Assembly: GCA_001627865.1 (NCBI GenBank)
Contig: LUQO01000004.1
Location: 10,384 to 74,383, forward strand
From: SAR324 cluster bacterium REDSEA-S27_B3
GTDB lineage: Bacteria; SAR324; NAC60-12
DNA: 64,000 nt
Direction of reading: 5' to 3'
The notes beneath the pieces are model-generated. The model had not been told where the DNA came from. It worked only from the letters and a program-made list of their open reading frames with translations, and searched no databases. Of the stretch, positions 44,819-55,838 are shown in pieces (position 1 is the first letter of the stretch; each line of letters starts with the position of its first letter). Both the position numbers and the translations under genes were made by a program.

Positions 44819-46642
44819 TTATTTCAGGTCAATTGAAATCCTGTAAACGATCCCATCCGGACTTTTACGATTGCTTTCTACAATTTCCTTGTTTTTAAAT
44901 TCTTCAATTGATTGTAAATTTTTCTTCAGTAATTGGAGTCGATCGTAACTGTCGATTGTTCCGCTGAGTGAAAATCGCTCCGGGGCATATTCCATACTAT
45001 CCACCTGAAATGGAGCATCTTCACTAAGTAAAGAAGATATGCTTTTCAGGAAGTTTAAATTATTATACTCCCGTCTCTCAAAATCCTTGCTGATGCCAAT
45101 ATATTTTTTTCGCTGCTCAATTTTTTCTTTCAGTTCCAATAGCATTGAGTTTAGCCCAGAAGCAGAAGTTTTTGGTACAGCACGCCGCAGCTCGGTTTGA
45201 ATCAAACGGTCGCTCTTTGCAATTTCCTGTCGAAGCAGGTCCAGTTTTGTTTTTGTTTGCCAGAAAATACCTGTAAAGATGATAATCATCAAACCAACGG
45301 CGACGGCGACAGCTCCGCGATTCCTTTGTAAAAAACGTCGCCACGGAGTACTTTCGTGATAAAGACTCAGCTGGTGAGATTCAACAAACAGTTCTGCCTG
45401 ATCCCTCAATTCACCCAATACACCCCAATGCTCTCTCTCAAGCAATGTGAGCAGTGATGATTGAGGATTTACCGAAGTCAGTTGACTTGATGACTGCTGA
45501 TCTTTGCGTATTTTTTCTGATGATTTGTTTTCTGCTGATTCTTCATCTTTAGATGGTTCCCCTTCTGATTCCTCACGCTGTTTTGCTTCTTTCATCAACT
45601 CTTCAAGGGTGTCCGGAGTTTTCCCTCCCGTTTGCGGATATAATTTAACAGCATGTGATGAGCGGTCTGAAACTAATTCATTGTTTCCTGATCTTTCAGC
45701 AAAGGCATCAGATTCAGGCAGCGGGAAAGAGCGCACTTTGAAAACCACACCGTCCCATTTGATCATCGGCCCCAAAATTCCATGGATTTCAATCTGACTC
45801 TCGTAGATATAATTCTTAATTCGTAAATGAAGTGTCAGCTGCGAACAAAGACGGTGCAGTTCCTGTTTCAGTTGAGTAAAAGACTCAATTTTTTCATTGT
45901 CCTCATCAGCAAGATCAACGTTGTCAGCATGCTTTACAAAATTTTGCAAAAATGCGGGCAGTGAATTACCCACTGAAGCAAGGTGTTTCTGAAGAATTAA
46001 CGGAATCCTGTTGGGGAAAATTTTAATCTCATCCAGGCGGCCGTCACGTATTGTGTTCATGAAAGCTTCATCGCCACCAAGGTATATTTGAAACACGTCG
46101 CCTGTTTCAGGAAACCGAGTTTCACCGTTCAGCATTGAGCGGTAAAGGGCATGCGCGGAACAATCCACATTCCGAATTAACAAATCACGCTCCAGACAAA
46201 GCTTCTGTAACTGCTTCAATCGCTGTTTCCCCATCAGTAATACCAGTGCCTCAGAATTTTGTTCGGACATGGTGTAAACCTGCGTGCTGTAAGCATTTTC
46301 AGACAAGTCGCTCATCAATTCTTCTTCCAGCTCATAAGGCAGGGCCTGTTCAACTTTTTTTCGTTCCTGAAAGGGGAAAGTAATTTTGCGAAATGATACA
46401 TCTTCCGCAGGCAGCAGAAAAGAGATGGCATGATCACGCCATTGCTGCTGATCCAGAAATTCCCTAATCTTTACAGTCCATTGATCAGTTTCCGGGACAG
46501 ATGTTTCCCCTGAGTCCGAACTTTCAGACTCAGAAAAACCTATAGTGTCTCCGGTTATGAGAAGATCATGGTTTTTTTTGGACAGGCAGAGGCCTTCAAT
46601 GCAGGTCGAATGGGCAGAAACCAGATAAAAGACGTTTTCCAT
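44819..46642 (-). CDS. GspL/PilM-PilN (MshI)-like bitopic assembly protein
   Basis: 607 aa. The N-terminal cytoplasmic region has a GspL/PilM-like pattern (FLLPAEDVSFRKITFPFQERKKVEQALPYELEEELMSDL ... NVDCSAHALY). An acidic/Ser-rich linker precedes one TM (AVAVAVGLMIIIFTGIFW), a coiled coil and a small periplasmic domain. The assignment is an inference from layout. Confidence 0.5.
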   Translation of the reverse strand: MENVFYLVSAHSTCIEGLCLSKKNHDLLITGDTIGFSESESSDSGETSVPETDQWTVKIREFLDQQQWRDHAISFLLPAEDVSFRKITFPFQERKKVEQALPYELEEELMSDLSENAYSTQVYTMSEQNSEALVLLMGKQRLKQLQKLCLERDLLIRNVDCSAHALYRSMLNGETRFPETGDVFQIYLGGDEAFMNTIRDGRLDEIKIFPNRIPLILQKHLASVGNSLPAFLQNFVKHADNVDLADEDNEKIESFTQLKQELHRLCSQLTLHLRIKNYIYESQIEIHGILGPMIKWDGVVFKVRSFPLPESDAFAERSGNNELVSDRSSHAVKLYPQTGGKTPDTLEELMKEAKQREESEGEPSKDEESAENKSSEKIRKDQQSSSQLTSVNPQSSLLTLLEREHWGVLGELRDQAELFVESHQLSLYHESTPWRRFLQRNRGAVAVAVGLMIIIFTGIFWQTKTKLDLLRQEIAKSDRLIQTELRRAVPKTSASGLNSMLLELKEKIEQRKKYIGISKDFERREYNNLNFLKSISSLLSEDAPFQVDSMEYAPERFSLSGTIDSYDRLQLLKKNLQSIEEFKNKEIVESNRKSPDGIVYRISIDLK

Positions 46643-46821
46643 TTAATAGCAGTTGCTGCTTGAAAGGTGAGGCAAAATGTGAATACAACCTTAACAGAAT
46701 CAATCAAATTACTCAAAGAATTGAGAACAGCTTTCATTTCAGCTTGTACATGAATGAAAATATCCTCAAAATTCACAAAGCATTTTTCCTTATAAATTCA
46801 AGAAACTAATGGAGCAATATC

Positions 46822-47013
46822 ATGGCTAAAATGGAGTTGGAGGTCGGCACATGTCCCACCGGAATTTTACTGGCTCTGAAATCAGTTGATGGCAGGATGC
46901 ATCAGGTTACTGCCATAGAAATGACTAACGACGAAGCTCTGGAAATTTCAAATCTGATTCAGCAAAGAGTAAAAGAAAACCAGAATGCGCCGGACCCTTC
47001 GGAAGTCAACTAA
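46822..47013 (+). CDS. Small hypothetical protein (63 aa)
   Basis: A GGAG sits about 8 nt upstream of the ATG. It ends 25 nt before the MFS gene. No family is recognised. Confidence 0.4.
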   Translation: MAKMELEVGTCPTGILLALKSVDGRMHQVTAIEMTNDEALEISNLIQQRVKENQNAPDPSEVN

Positions 47014-47038
47014 TTAACTCATACTTTCAAACAGAAAA

Positions 47039-48316
47039 ATGACGCAAGAAAGCAAATCAGTTTGGAGCTGGGCCATGTACGACTGGGCAAACTCAGCTTT
47101 TGCAACCACTGTAATGGCAGGATTTTTCCCGCTGTTCTTTAAAGCATATTGGGCTAATCCTGACCTTCCCACACAAAGCACGTTTTATCTCGGTATGGCA
47201 AACTCAATTGCATCCATAATTGTGGCAATGCTTGCTCCCTTTCTGGGTGCAATTGCCGATCAGGGTTCGGCAAAGAAAAAGTTTCTTTTTATTTTTGCTT
47301 TTCTGGGAATTGTTATGACAGGAGGTCTTTGGATTGTGGAACAGGGTTACTGGCAGATGGCAGTATTTTTTTACGTGCTTGCAGCCTTAGGTTTTTCAGG
47401 CAGTAATATTTTCTATGATTCTCTACTGCCTGGAGTAGCTTCAGAAAAAAAAGTGGATTATGTCTCATCGCTTGGTTTTGCCATGGGCTATTTCGGCGGC
47501 GGTATCCTTTTCCTGCTTAATGTTGTGATGTATCTCAAACCTGACCTCTTCGGAATTCCGGACGGTGCAACAGCAATCCGCCTTTCATTTGTTACAGTTG
47601 CAGTATGGTGGGCAGTATTTTCCATACCTGTTGCAATTTGGGTAAAAGAACCAGAGATTCATGAAAGTGTCGGGATTGTTTCCGCAGTCGGTTTAGGCTG
47701 GAAGCAGTTAACAAATACACTAAAAGAAATTAGACATTTGAAAGTGGTTGGCATGTTTCTGCTTGCCTACTGGTTTTACATGGATGGCGTGGATACAATT
47801 GTCAGAATGGCAGTTGATTATGGAGTTACTTTAAAGTTCCCTGACAGCGCGTTAATTACCGCGCTGCTGATGGTGCAGTTCATTTCTTTTCCATGCGCAC
47901 TTTTATTCAGCCTGCTGGCAAAAAAAATCGGAGTAAAACAATCTGTACTGGTTGGCATCATCGGTTACGGAATCATCACCTTCCTGGCTTATTTTATGAG
48001 GGAGATGTGGCATTTATACACGCTTGCTGCATTAGTGGGGCTGTTTCAGGGAGGTATTCAGGCGCTCAGCCGCAGCCTCTACACCCGTATTATTCCGGAA
48101 GAAAAAGCAGCAGAGTTTTTCGGTTTTTATAATATGCTGGGGAAAATGGCCGCGGTAATCGGTCCTGCAATGATGGGTACTATTACTTTGCTGACCGGAA
48201 ATATCCGCTATGGAATTCTCTCTATTCTTGCTCTTTTCATTTTGGGTGGATTTTTCCTGCTGAAAGTAAATATTGAGGAAGGCTCCCGCATGGCGCGTGA
48301 ATATCTGGCAAAGTAA
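47039..48316 (+). CDS. MFS transporter, UMF1/Atg22-like family
   Basis: 425 aa with 12 TM segments. The N-terminal motif WSWAMYDWANSAFATTVMAGFFP is typical of UMF1-family MFS proteins. Confidence 0.85.
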   Translation: MTQESKSVWSWAMYDWANSAFATTVMAGFFPLFFKAYWANPDLPTQSTFYLGMANSIASIIVAMLAPFLGAIADQGSAKKKFLFIFAFLGIVMTGGLWIVEQGYWQMAVFFYVLAALGFSGSNIFYDSLLPGVASEKKVDYVSSLGFAMGYFGGGILFLLNVVMYLKPDLFGIPDGATAIRLSFVTVAVWWAVFSIPVAIWVKEPEIHESVGIVSAVGLGWKQLTNTLKEIRHLKVVGMFLLAYWFYMDGVDTIVRMAVDYGVTLKFPDSALITALLMVQFISFPCALLFSLLAKKIGVKQSVLVGIIGYGIITFLAYFMREMWHLYTLAALVGLFQGGIQALSRSLYTRIIPEEKAAEFFGFYNMLGKMAAVIGPAMMGTITLLTGNIRYGILSILALFILGGFFLLKVNIEEGSRMAREYLAK

Positions 48317-48435
48317 AATGTGGTCAAATTTTCATTACGGCTTGAATATGAATCCAATGTATTGGACATACTGAACCAGCCAACACAATTTGGGGATATG
48401 CCGCAGAGCAAACAATTACTCTGCTGTGGAAGAAA

Positions 48436-49545
48436 TCATTTTTCCTGCCATAGAGCAACTCGTTTTTCATAAGCTTGCCTGGAAATACTGGTATCCTCAA
48501 TAAATCTTGGCAGCTCATTCAGTGTGAGCGCTTGCGGTCCATCTACCAATGCCTCTGTTGGAGACGGATGGAAATCCACCAGCACCATATTGGCTCCTGC
48601 AATGATCCCCTGGGAAGTGGAATGAAGAATATCCATTATACCATCCGGAGACTTCTCTCTTGTGCCCACTGAGTGAGAGGGGTCAATACAGACAGGCATG
48701 CGGGTCAGACGCTTTACAATAGGCAAATGCGCGAAATCAACCATATTACGATGAGGAGCATTGAATGATGTTTTCATTCCCCTCAGGCAAAAAATAACCT
48801 GATTGTTTCCTTCACTTGCAAGGTACTCTGCAGCGTTCAGTGATTCATTCAATGAAATTCCAAATCCACGCTTGAGTAATATCGGATATGTATGCTGCCT
48901 GCCGACTGCTTTCAGCAGTTCAAAATTCTGTGTGTTACGTGTGCCGATTTGCAGCATAACACCGGTTGGATTCCCTAGTTTCTCCAGGCATTGATTGATT
49001 TCCTCAATGTGCATCTCATGGGTTACTTCCATTGCCACAACTTTTATTCCATATTTCCCTGCCAGTTCAAAAACATACGTAAGGCATTCCATTCCATGTC
49101 CCTGGAACGAATATGGATTTGTACGAGGTTTATAAGCTCCCATCCGTGTACATTCCTGTCCATTTTCCTGCAACGCCTGCATCATTCGTTCAACATTTTT
49201 TTTGTTGTCCACAGCACACAAGCCAGCAAAGATTTTAAAGTTTTCCTGATTAAAATGTATGCCGTTGTATTCAAAATCAATGGAGTTGGTTTCTGTTGAG
49301 TGTCGACCCAGAATTCTGAAGTCATGTGAAATTCGTATCACTCGTTCCACTGAAGGCAGAGACTCAATTTCTTCACGGTCTATTTTTGTTGTATTGCCGA
49401 TTAGATAAATTTCAGTCAGGCGCTGTCCCCTGCCTTGAACATGATGTTTTTGCAGGCGAACATCTGGTAAGCCCTGAAGATGCTTCCAGGTGAGTTTATA
49501 TTCTTCTGACGATTCATCTGTATTTGGATGTAAAATTACCAGCAT
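48436..49545 (-). CDS. aroF: 3-deoxy-7-phosphoheptulonate (DAHP) synthase, type I-beta with an N-terminal ferredoxin-like regulatory domain
   Basis: 369 aa. The catalytic barrel carries FAGLCAVDN, GAYKPRTNPYSFQG, KRG and CIDPSHS. It is preceded by an extra domain of about 75 aa, as in Thermotoga-type DAHPS. Confidence 0.9.
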   Translation of the reverse strand: MLVILHPNTDESSEEYKLTWKHLQGLPDVRLQKHHVQGRGQRLTEIYLIGNTTKIDREEIESLPSVERVIRISHDFRILGRHSTETNSIDFEYNGIHFNQENFKIFAGLCAVDNKKNVERMMQALQENGQECTRMGAYKPRTNPYSFQGHGMECLTYVFELAGKYGIKVVAMEVTHEMHIEEINQCLEKLGNPTGVMLQIGTRNTQNFELLKAVGRQHTYPILLKRGFGISLNESLNAAEYLASEGNNQVIFCLRGMKTSFNAPHRNMVDFAHLPIVKRLTRMPVCIDPSHSVGTREKSPDGIMDILHSTSQGIIAGANMVLVDFHPSPTEALVDGPQALTLNELPRFIEDTSISRQAYEKRVALWQEK

Positions 49546-49596
49546 TTTAAGGATTGATTTCTGTTGATTTGAGGAGAAAAAAGACTATAAAACTGA

Positions 49597-49989
49597 CTAA
49601 AATGGTAGATCATCTGCAGCATCACTTACCAGCCAGCCCGGTTTTTCCTCCGGAACAGGCGCAGATGTTTTACTGCTTTGGTTATCTGGAGGGGGAGGCT
49701 TTGCAGCGTCCTGTTCAGCAACCAGCTTCCATGCCTGGAGGGTATTAAAATATCTCACCTGCCCCTGAGGACTGGTCCATTCACGTCCTCTTAAATCAAA
49801 ATGAACTTCTACTTCCTGCCCTTCCTGGAATGAGTCCAGCAGTACGCAGCGGTCCTGCACCATCTCAAATTGCAGGGGCTGAGGGTAGTCCGGATTATTT
49901 GCGTATTCCACCACAAATTCACGCTTGCGGAAACGCTCTGAAATTTGAACAGTTTCTGATATTTTTTTTATGATACCCTTGATTTCCAT
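49597..49989 (-). CDS. DUF3127-like OB-fold protein
   Basis: ATG 49989 gives MEIKGIIKKISETVQISERFRKREFVVEYANNPDYPQPLQFEMVQDRC..., a DUF3127-type pattern. The track ORF start at 50052 overlaps the upstream gene. Confidence 0.6.
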   Translation of the reverse strand: MEIKGIIKKISETVQISERFRKREFVVEYANNPDYPQPLQFEMVQDRCVLLDSFQEGQEVEVHFDLRGREWTSPQGQVRYFNTLQAWKLVAEQDAAKPPPPDNQSSKTSAPVPEEKPGWLVSDAADDLPF

Positions 49990-50012
49990 AATTGTTTCAG
50001 TGTTAAAGTGAC

Positions 50013-51185
50013 TTATCCTGTTGCGAGTTCGTTCTCCACAAGTGTTGCCCAATACGCTGCTCCTGTTGGAAGAACTTCGTCGTTAAAATCATAGTGAGGA
50101 CTATGCAGTGTACAACCATGTTCGCCTTCTCCGGGACCAATTCCTAACCATACATAACATCCCGGACGAGCCTCAAGCATATATGAAAAATCCTCCGATG
50201 CCATGCTTGGTGTAGGATTTCGCACAACTTTGTCTTCGCCTACCAGATCAATTGCTGCTTTTGCTGAAATATCTGTTTCCGGAACAGAATTAACTGTAGC
50301 CGGATAACCATTAATAAAATTAAGCTCACAAGACGCTCCCAGCGCGGCACAGACTCCTTCGGACACTTTTAAGATTCTGGATGGAATTTCATTTCGTGTT
50401 TCCGGAAGAAAAGTGCGCACCGATCCATGCATCCTGACAGTATCAGGAATTATATTGTATGCGTCTCCAGCGTGAATCTGGGTCACGCTGATTATTACTG
50501 AATCCACAGGATGAGTATTCCGGCTTGGGATAGTCTGCAGAGCATTAACTACCTGTGATGCGGCAATGATGGGGTCAACACACTGGTACGGCATTGCAGC
50601 ATGACCACCCTGACCTTGTATTATCAAATCAAAAGTATCGGCCGCGGCCATGATCGGTCCTGCTCCTATTCCAAAATATCCTGCTTCCAATCCTGTCCAG
50701 TTGTGCATCCCATAAACTGAATCAACAGGAAATTTTTCGAATAATCCTTCCTGCACCATCAATTCTCCTCCGGCACCGCCTTCTTCAGCAGGTTGGAAAA
50801 TCACATTAACTGTGCCCCGAAACTTTTTACTTGCTGCCAGATACTTAGCAGCTCCAAGCAGCATCGTTATGTGTCCGTCATGTCCGCAGGCGTGCATTTT
50901 CCCTAGATTAACAGAAGCATGTTCAAAGGTGTTTTTTTCCTCCAGCGGCAAAGCGTCCAAATCCGCTCGCAGACCAATCGATGGTCCATCACCATTTCTG
51001 ATTGTTCCAACAACACCTGTTTTCGCCAAGCCCTGATGAACCTCCATCCCAAATTCTTTCAGTTTTTCTGCAACAAAATCTGAGGTGCGTGTTTCCTCAT
51101 ACGCTAATTCAGGATGCATGTGAATATCCCGACGCCAGGCTGTCATTTCATCGTGATATTTATTAATCTCTTTGATTACTGACAT
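50013..51185 (-). CDS. M20D-family amidohydrolase (hippurate hydrolase / N-acyl-L-amino-acid amidohydrolase type)
   Basis: ATG 51185 is preceded by AGGAGA; the track start at TTG 51206 is less likely. Supporting motifs are WRRDIHMHPELAYEE, MHACGHDGH and QPAEEGGAGG. Confidence 0.9.
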   Translation of the reverse strand: MSVIKEINKYHDEMTAWRRDIHMHPELAYEETRTSDFVAEKLKEFGMEVHQGLAKTGVVGTIRNGDGPSIGLRADLDALPLEEKNTFEHASVNLGKMHACGHDGHITMLLGAAKYLAASKKFRGTVNVIFQPAEEGGAGGELMVQEGLFEKFPVDSVYGMHNWTGLEAGYFGIGAGPIMAAADTFDLIIQGQGGHAAMPYQCVDPIIAASQVVNALQTIPSRNTHPVDSVIISVTQIHAGDAYNIIPDTVRMHGSVRTFLPETRNEIPSRILKVSEGVCAALGASCELNFINGYPATVNSVPETDISAKAAIDLVGEDKVVRNPTPSMASEDFSYMLEARPGCYVWLGIGPGEGEHGCTLHSPHYDFNDEVLPTGAAYWATLVENELATG

Positions 51186-51206
51186 TGTTCTCCTGTTTGA
51201 TGTCAA

Positions 51207-52394
51207 TTATATTGTGATCTGGGCACCGTTTTTGACCACAATAAGATGATTGTTGCGGTCAGCAACTTTGGAAATATCTTCAACAGGATTTCCGGAGACA
51301 ATCAATAAATCCGCATAATAACCCTCACGAATCATCCCCCGATCCTGCAGATCCATCAAATCTGCGGCATTAGAAGTTGAAATCTGCAAGGCATTCACAT
51401 TGGTCACGCCAAGATCAACCATGTATTCAAGTTCTTTACAGTTGTCACCATGCACGTTGAAAGGAGTTCCAGCGTCAGTACCCATCGCCATTTTACCTCC
51501 GGACTGATAAAACATTTTTATCGACTGATGGTGGCGTTCCCGGACACGTATTGTTTTCTCTACAATGAAATCCGGAATGCCGTTGTCTCGATTGAGAAAT
51601 ATGTTGTTAACAGCCGCCAGTGTCGGTACAAGATATGTCTGTTCTTTCAGCATGGCATCAAGACATTCCTGTGTCATGAAAATTCCGTGTTCGATAGAAT
51701 CCATACCTGCTTTAACGGCATTTAAAATTCCTGCCGATCCCTGGGCGTGGCTTGCGCATTTACGGTTAAAGCGATGTCCTTCATTAACCCCAACCCTCAT
51801 TTCCTCCTCAGAATAATGTGCGTCTTCCGGATTAACACCGGGCGTCATCACTCCTCCGGTGGCCATAAGTTTTATTACATCTGAACCCGCATGAATTTGT
51901 TCCCTTACTGCTTTCAGAACTTCATCCGGACCATCAGCGACACGCCCAAACGCGTTGCCATGACCTCCCGTCATGCAGATCATCCGGCCGGCTGCCTTAA
52001 TTGTTGGTCCTGTTTGTCGTCCTGAATTGCAGGCATCCCGCACAGCAAACTCAAGAAAGTCCCTGCCACCTAAATCTCTGATTGATGTGATGCCGCTGCG
52101 TAAAGTTTTTTGTGCATTTTCCAGCGCATTGATTACAATTTGACCAGGGCCCAGTTTCAGCAAATGTGACTTCGGATCAGCTTCTCCGCTATAGACAAGG
52201 TGCACATGGCAGTCGATCAGTCCTGGCAGCAATGTTCCAGAGGATGTATCTACTTTCTCTCCGCTGTATCCTTCAAATTCTCCAAGCGGAGCAACCCTGG
52301 ATATTTTCTGGCCGTCAACCAGAACACCATGATTTTCCAGCGTATTCCCGCATCCATCGAAAACCAAACCTCCCGAATAAAGTGTTGCCATCAA
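51207..52394 (-). CDS. Amidohydrolase-superfamily metal-dependent hydrolase (imidazolonepropionase/prolidase-related)
   Basis: 395 aa. The N-terminal metal-binding motif is GLIDCHVHL. A later motif is ASHAQG. The fold is TIM-barrel amidohydrolase with a composite beta domain. Confidence 0.85.
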   Translation of the reverse strand: MMATLYSGGLVFDGCGNTLENHGVLVDGQKISRVAPLGEFEGYSGEKVDTSSGTLLPGLIDCHVHLVYSGEADPKSHLLKLGPGQIVINALENAQKTLRSGITSIRDLGGRDFLEFAVRDACNSGRQTGPTIKAAGRMICMTGGHGNAFGRVADGPDEVLKAVREQIHAGSDVIKLMATGGVMTPGVNPEDAHYSEEEMRVGVNEGHRFNRKCASHAQGSAGILNAVKAGMDSIEHGIFMTQECLDAMLKEQTYLVPTLAAVNNIFLNRDNGIPDFIVEKTIRVRERHHQSIKMFYQSGGKMAMGTDAGTPFNVHGDNCKELEYMVDLGVTNVNALQISTSNAADLMDLQDRGMIREGYYADLLIVSGNPVEDISKVADRNNHLIVVKNGAQITI

Positions 52395-52581
52395 AATTTT
52401 TTCTGGTGTTTAATCAATTGTTCCATGAAAAAATATCCGAATATATACTAATCCCCTCCACATAAACTTGGCAAGACACTTGTGGTTCTGGCTCTATAGT
52501 TTTGCTTTTTGTAGCTTCATAAAACTTGAGATTAAACGGCTTCAAGGTATAAATAGCCTTAATTTCGGATTTAATATATAT

Positions 52582-52595
52582 CCTAAATCCTGCAA
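52582..52595. repeat. IS terminal inverted repeat (transposase-distal end)
   Basis: CCTAAATCCTGCAA is the exact reverse complement of 54239-54252. Confidence 0.7.
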
Positions 52596-52883
52596 TTACA
52601 CATATAGAGAGAAATTTTTGTTAACTTTTTGACAGTGATTTTATAAACAAGTTTTGAAAGTCACCATTTGATCACATTTTCACTCAAACAATTTTGGAAG
52701 AGCACTGTTGATGTCCTTAAATTATGTTTTGATCTAAATTCAGGACACAGCTCTCCCTTTGTTTTGAGATCACATCTTTTAAATGTATGATTTATCTGTC
52801 CTTAAATAAAGCTATGTCTCTGCCACAGCAACCCAAGCCTGCCACTGGGCATTGTAGAGCATTTTTTCGGGAACTCTCAATTT

Positions 52884-54158
52884 TTATTGACGAGAGTTGG
52901 TTGTCCATTTTCCTGCCATACGGATCAGAAAGGTTCTCATAGTAGCCGCCTCCCGGCGTTGCAGTATTTTATTTGCACTGCAAAGCGCCATCCAGCACAG
53001 AGTATTGTATGCAAGTATAGCTGCCTGAAATAAGGCGCTGTCAGCCCAGAAATCAGCAGTTTTAATATGAGCCAGTGCGGTTTGGTTTTTTGCCTCTTCA
53101 ATCCATGTTTCTGATGTAGCTCTCTGGCCATACTGTTTGTGTGCTTGCCAGGGAGCAAGTTCTCCAGTGAGCACATAACAAAAATAATCGTACTCCTTCA
53201 TCTCAAAGAGAGTCTTTGCATCTATGGCATCGATTTCTTTTTCCCGGCGCACGGCTACAAACTTTCCGGATCTGCTCCATGTGCCGCATTGGTGTGTAAA
53301 CTCAGTGCCCTCCCAGCCATGCTGGCCTTTTACTTTTGTCCACTGCTTTGTCTCCAGCAAGCATTTCAGGCCTTTGAATTTGGCCTTGATCAGATAGTCC
53401 TGACCTCTCTCTTCGAGAAAATCCAGTAATTTCCCTACAAAAAAGCCGCTATCACCATGAAACAAAATACGGGTCCGTTTGGGAAGATGGGCCAGAAGTT
53501 GACGCATAAATTCAACTACTGCATTGGAGGTATGGACGTTTCCGCTTCGAAGACAGCCTTGAAGAATTTCCTTTGTCTCGGCGCAAAATGCTAAAATAGG
53601 ATGATATGAAGCAGCACCATGTCTATGAGGATTATATCCCACAGAGGTTCCTTGCTGATTGCCATAGACTGTTTTTACTGTGGAATCCACATCAATCACA
53701 ATACGAGGCAAAACCCCAACCATGCTGCTGCCCTGCCTAAGCGCACTGCGCCGGATATTTGCCCGAATTCTGTGATTGAGGGTTTCCATCTGATTGATGT
53801 TTTTCCTGCTGAAAGTACGCAATATTCTCCCAAAGGTGGTTTCATCCGGTATCCTGTGCCAACCTGCTGCTCGGCACAAAACACTGTCGCTCCAAACCGT
53901 CACCACCCCAGCCATCGAACGTGCCCCCGCAATAATACCCACCAGAGGCAATAGAATCATGTCCACCGTGTCCTAAACTCCAGTGGCTCCACGCTGATGA
54001 TCCAGGGTCTGTTCTATCTTTGAGGCAAAACCGTGTTTGTTTATAAATTTAAGTACTGGTATCAAACATGCCTGTGCCGTCAGGTCTCGTCCGCCTTGAA
54101 CGATCTTTATGTTTTTTAATCAACTTCTGGATGATCTTGTACTATGATTGCTCTTCAT
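52884..54158 (-). pseudogene. IS1380-family DDE transposase interrupted by in-frame stop codons
   Basis: The frame opens at ATG 54158 (MKSNHSTRSSRS) and meets an in-frame TGA at 54120-54122. It continues LKNIKIVQGGRDLTAQACLIPVLKFINKHGFASKIEQTLDHQRGATGV and meets an in-frame TAG at 53973-53975. The 360-aa ORF from 53966 follows, with VIDVDSTVKTVYGNQQGTSVGYNPHRHGAASYHPILAF...GNVHTSN, typical of IS1380. After TAA at 52884-52886 the same frame stays open for 23 more codons, to TAG at 52812-52814. Confidence 0.7.
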
Positions 54159-54238
54159 GGAAATGGTGACTGGTCAAGGTTGATTGTGTAGTTAACTACT
54201 TGACTCTGTTACCATTTTCATGTTTGATTGTCTTCTCT

Positions 54239-54252
54239 TTGCAGGATTTAGG
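54239..54252. repeat. IS terminal inverted repeat (transposase-proximal end)
   Basis: TTGCAGGATTTAGG is the exact reverse complement of 52582-52595. Confidence 0.7.
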
Positions 54253-54348
54253 TAAGAGATAAAAGGGAATCCCTGTTTTAGATTGAAGCAGCAAAAGATG
54301 AATGTTATTTATATTCATCCCAAGGATTTACAGACAGAAAATATTTAA

Positions 54349-55629
<1,281 letters not shown>

Positions 55630-55718
55630 ACAGAAGAATTTAATGGTCTTTTTCGGAGCCCAATCTGTCATCATTGAACTATTTTAAAGTCCATCTCATA
55701 CTATTACTATAATCTGTT

Positions 55719-55788
55719 CCCTGAGCGGAGTCGAAGGGAACTTTCATACGTTATACCGCTTCGACTCCGCCCAATCGGCGGTGAGGGA
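55719..55788. repeat. REP-like compound palindromic element downstream of eno (possible terminator)
   Basis: GCGGAGTCGAAG (55725-55736) pairs perfectly with CTTCGACTCCGC (55759-55770), a 12-bp stem with a 22-nt loop. A second small hairpin is CCGCC-CAATC-GGCGG. The outer CCCTGA / TGAGGG arms are partly complementary. Confidence 0.55.
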
Positions 55789-55838
55789 TAAATCATATTA
55801 TTTTGAACTGAACGCGGCATTAATTAACATTCATTCCC

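Larger units (their letters stand above)
52582..54252 (-). mobile_element. IS1380-family insertion sequence (1671 bp), apparently decayed
   Basis: The terminal inverted repeats are CCTAAATCCTGCAA (52582-52595) and TTGCAGGATTTAGG (54239-54252). They enclose a DDE transposase frame of IS1380 type. The element sits in the divergent intergenic region between the amidohydrolase gene and eno. No clear target-site duplication is visible. Confidence 0.7.

Noticed and set aside
54120-54122. In-frame TGA in the transposase read as selenocysteine, given selB in the window
   Set aside because: A second in-frame stop in the same gene is TAG, and possibly a third is TAA. No SECIS-like hairpin is evident immediately downstream, and transposases are not known selenoproteins. 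Decay is the simpler explanation.
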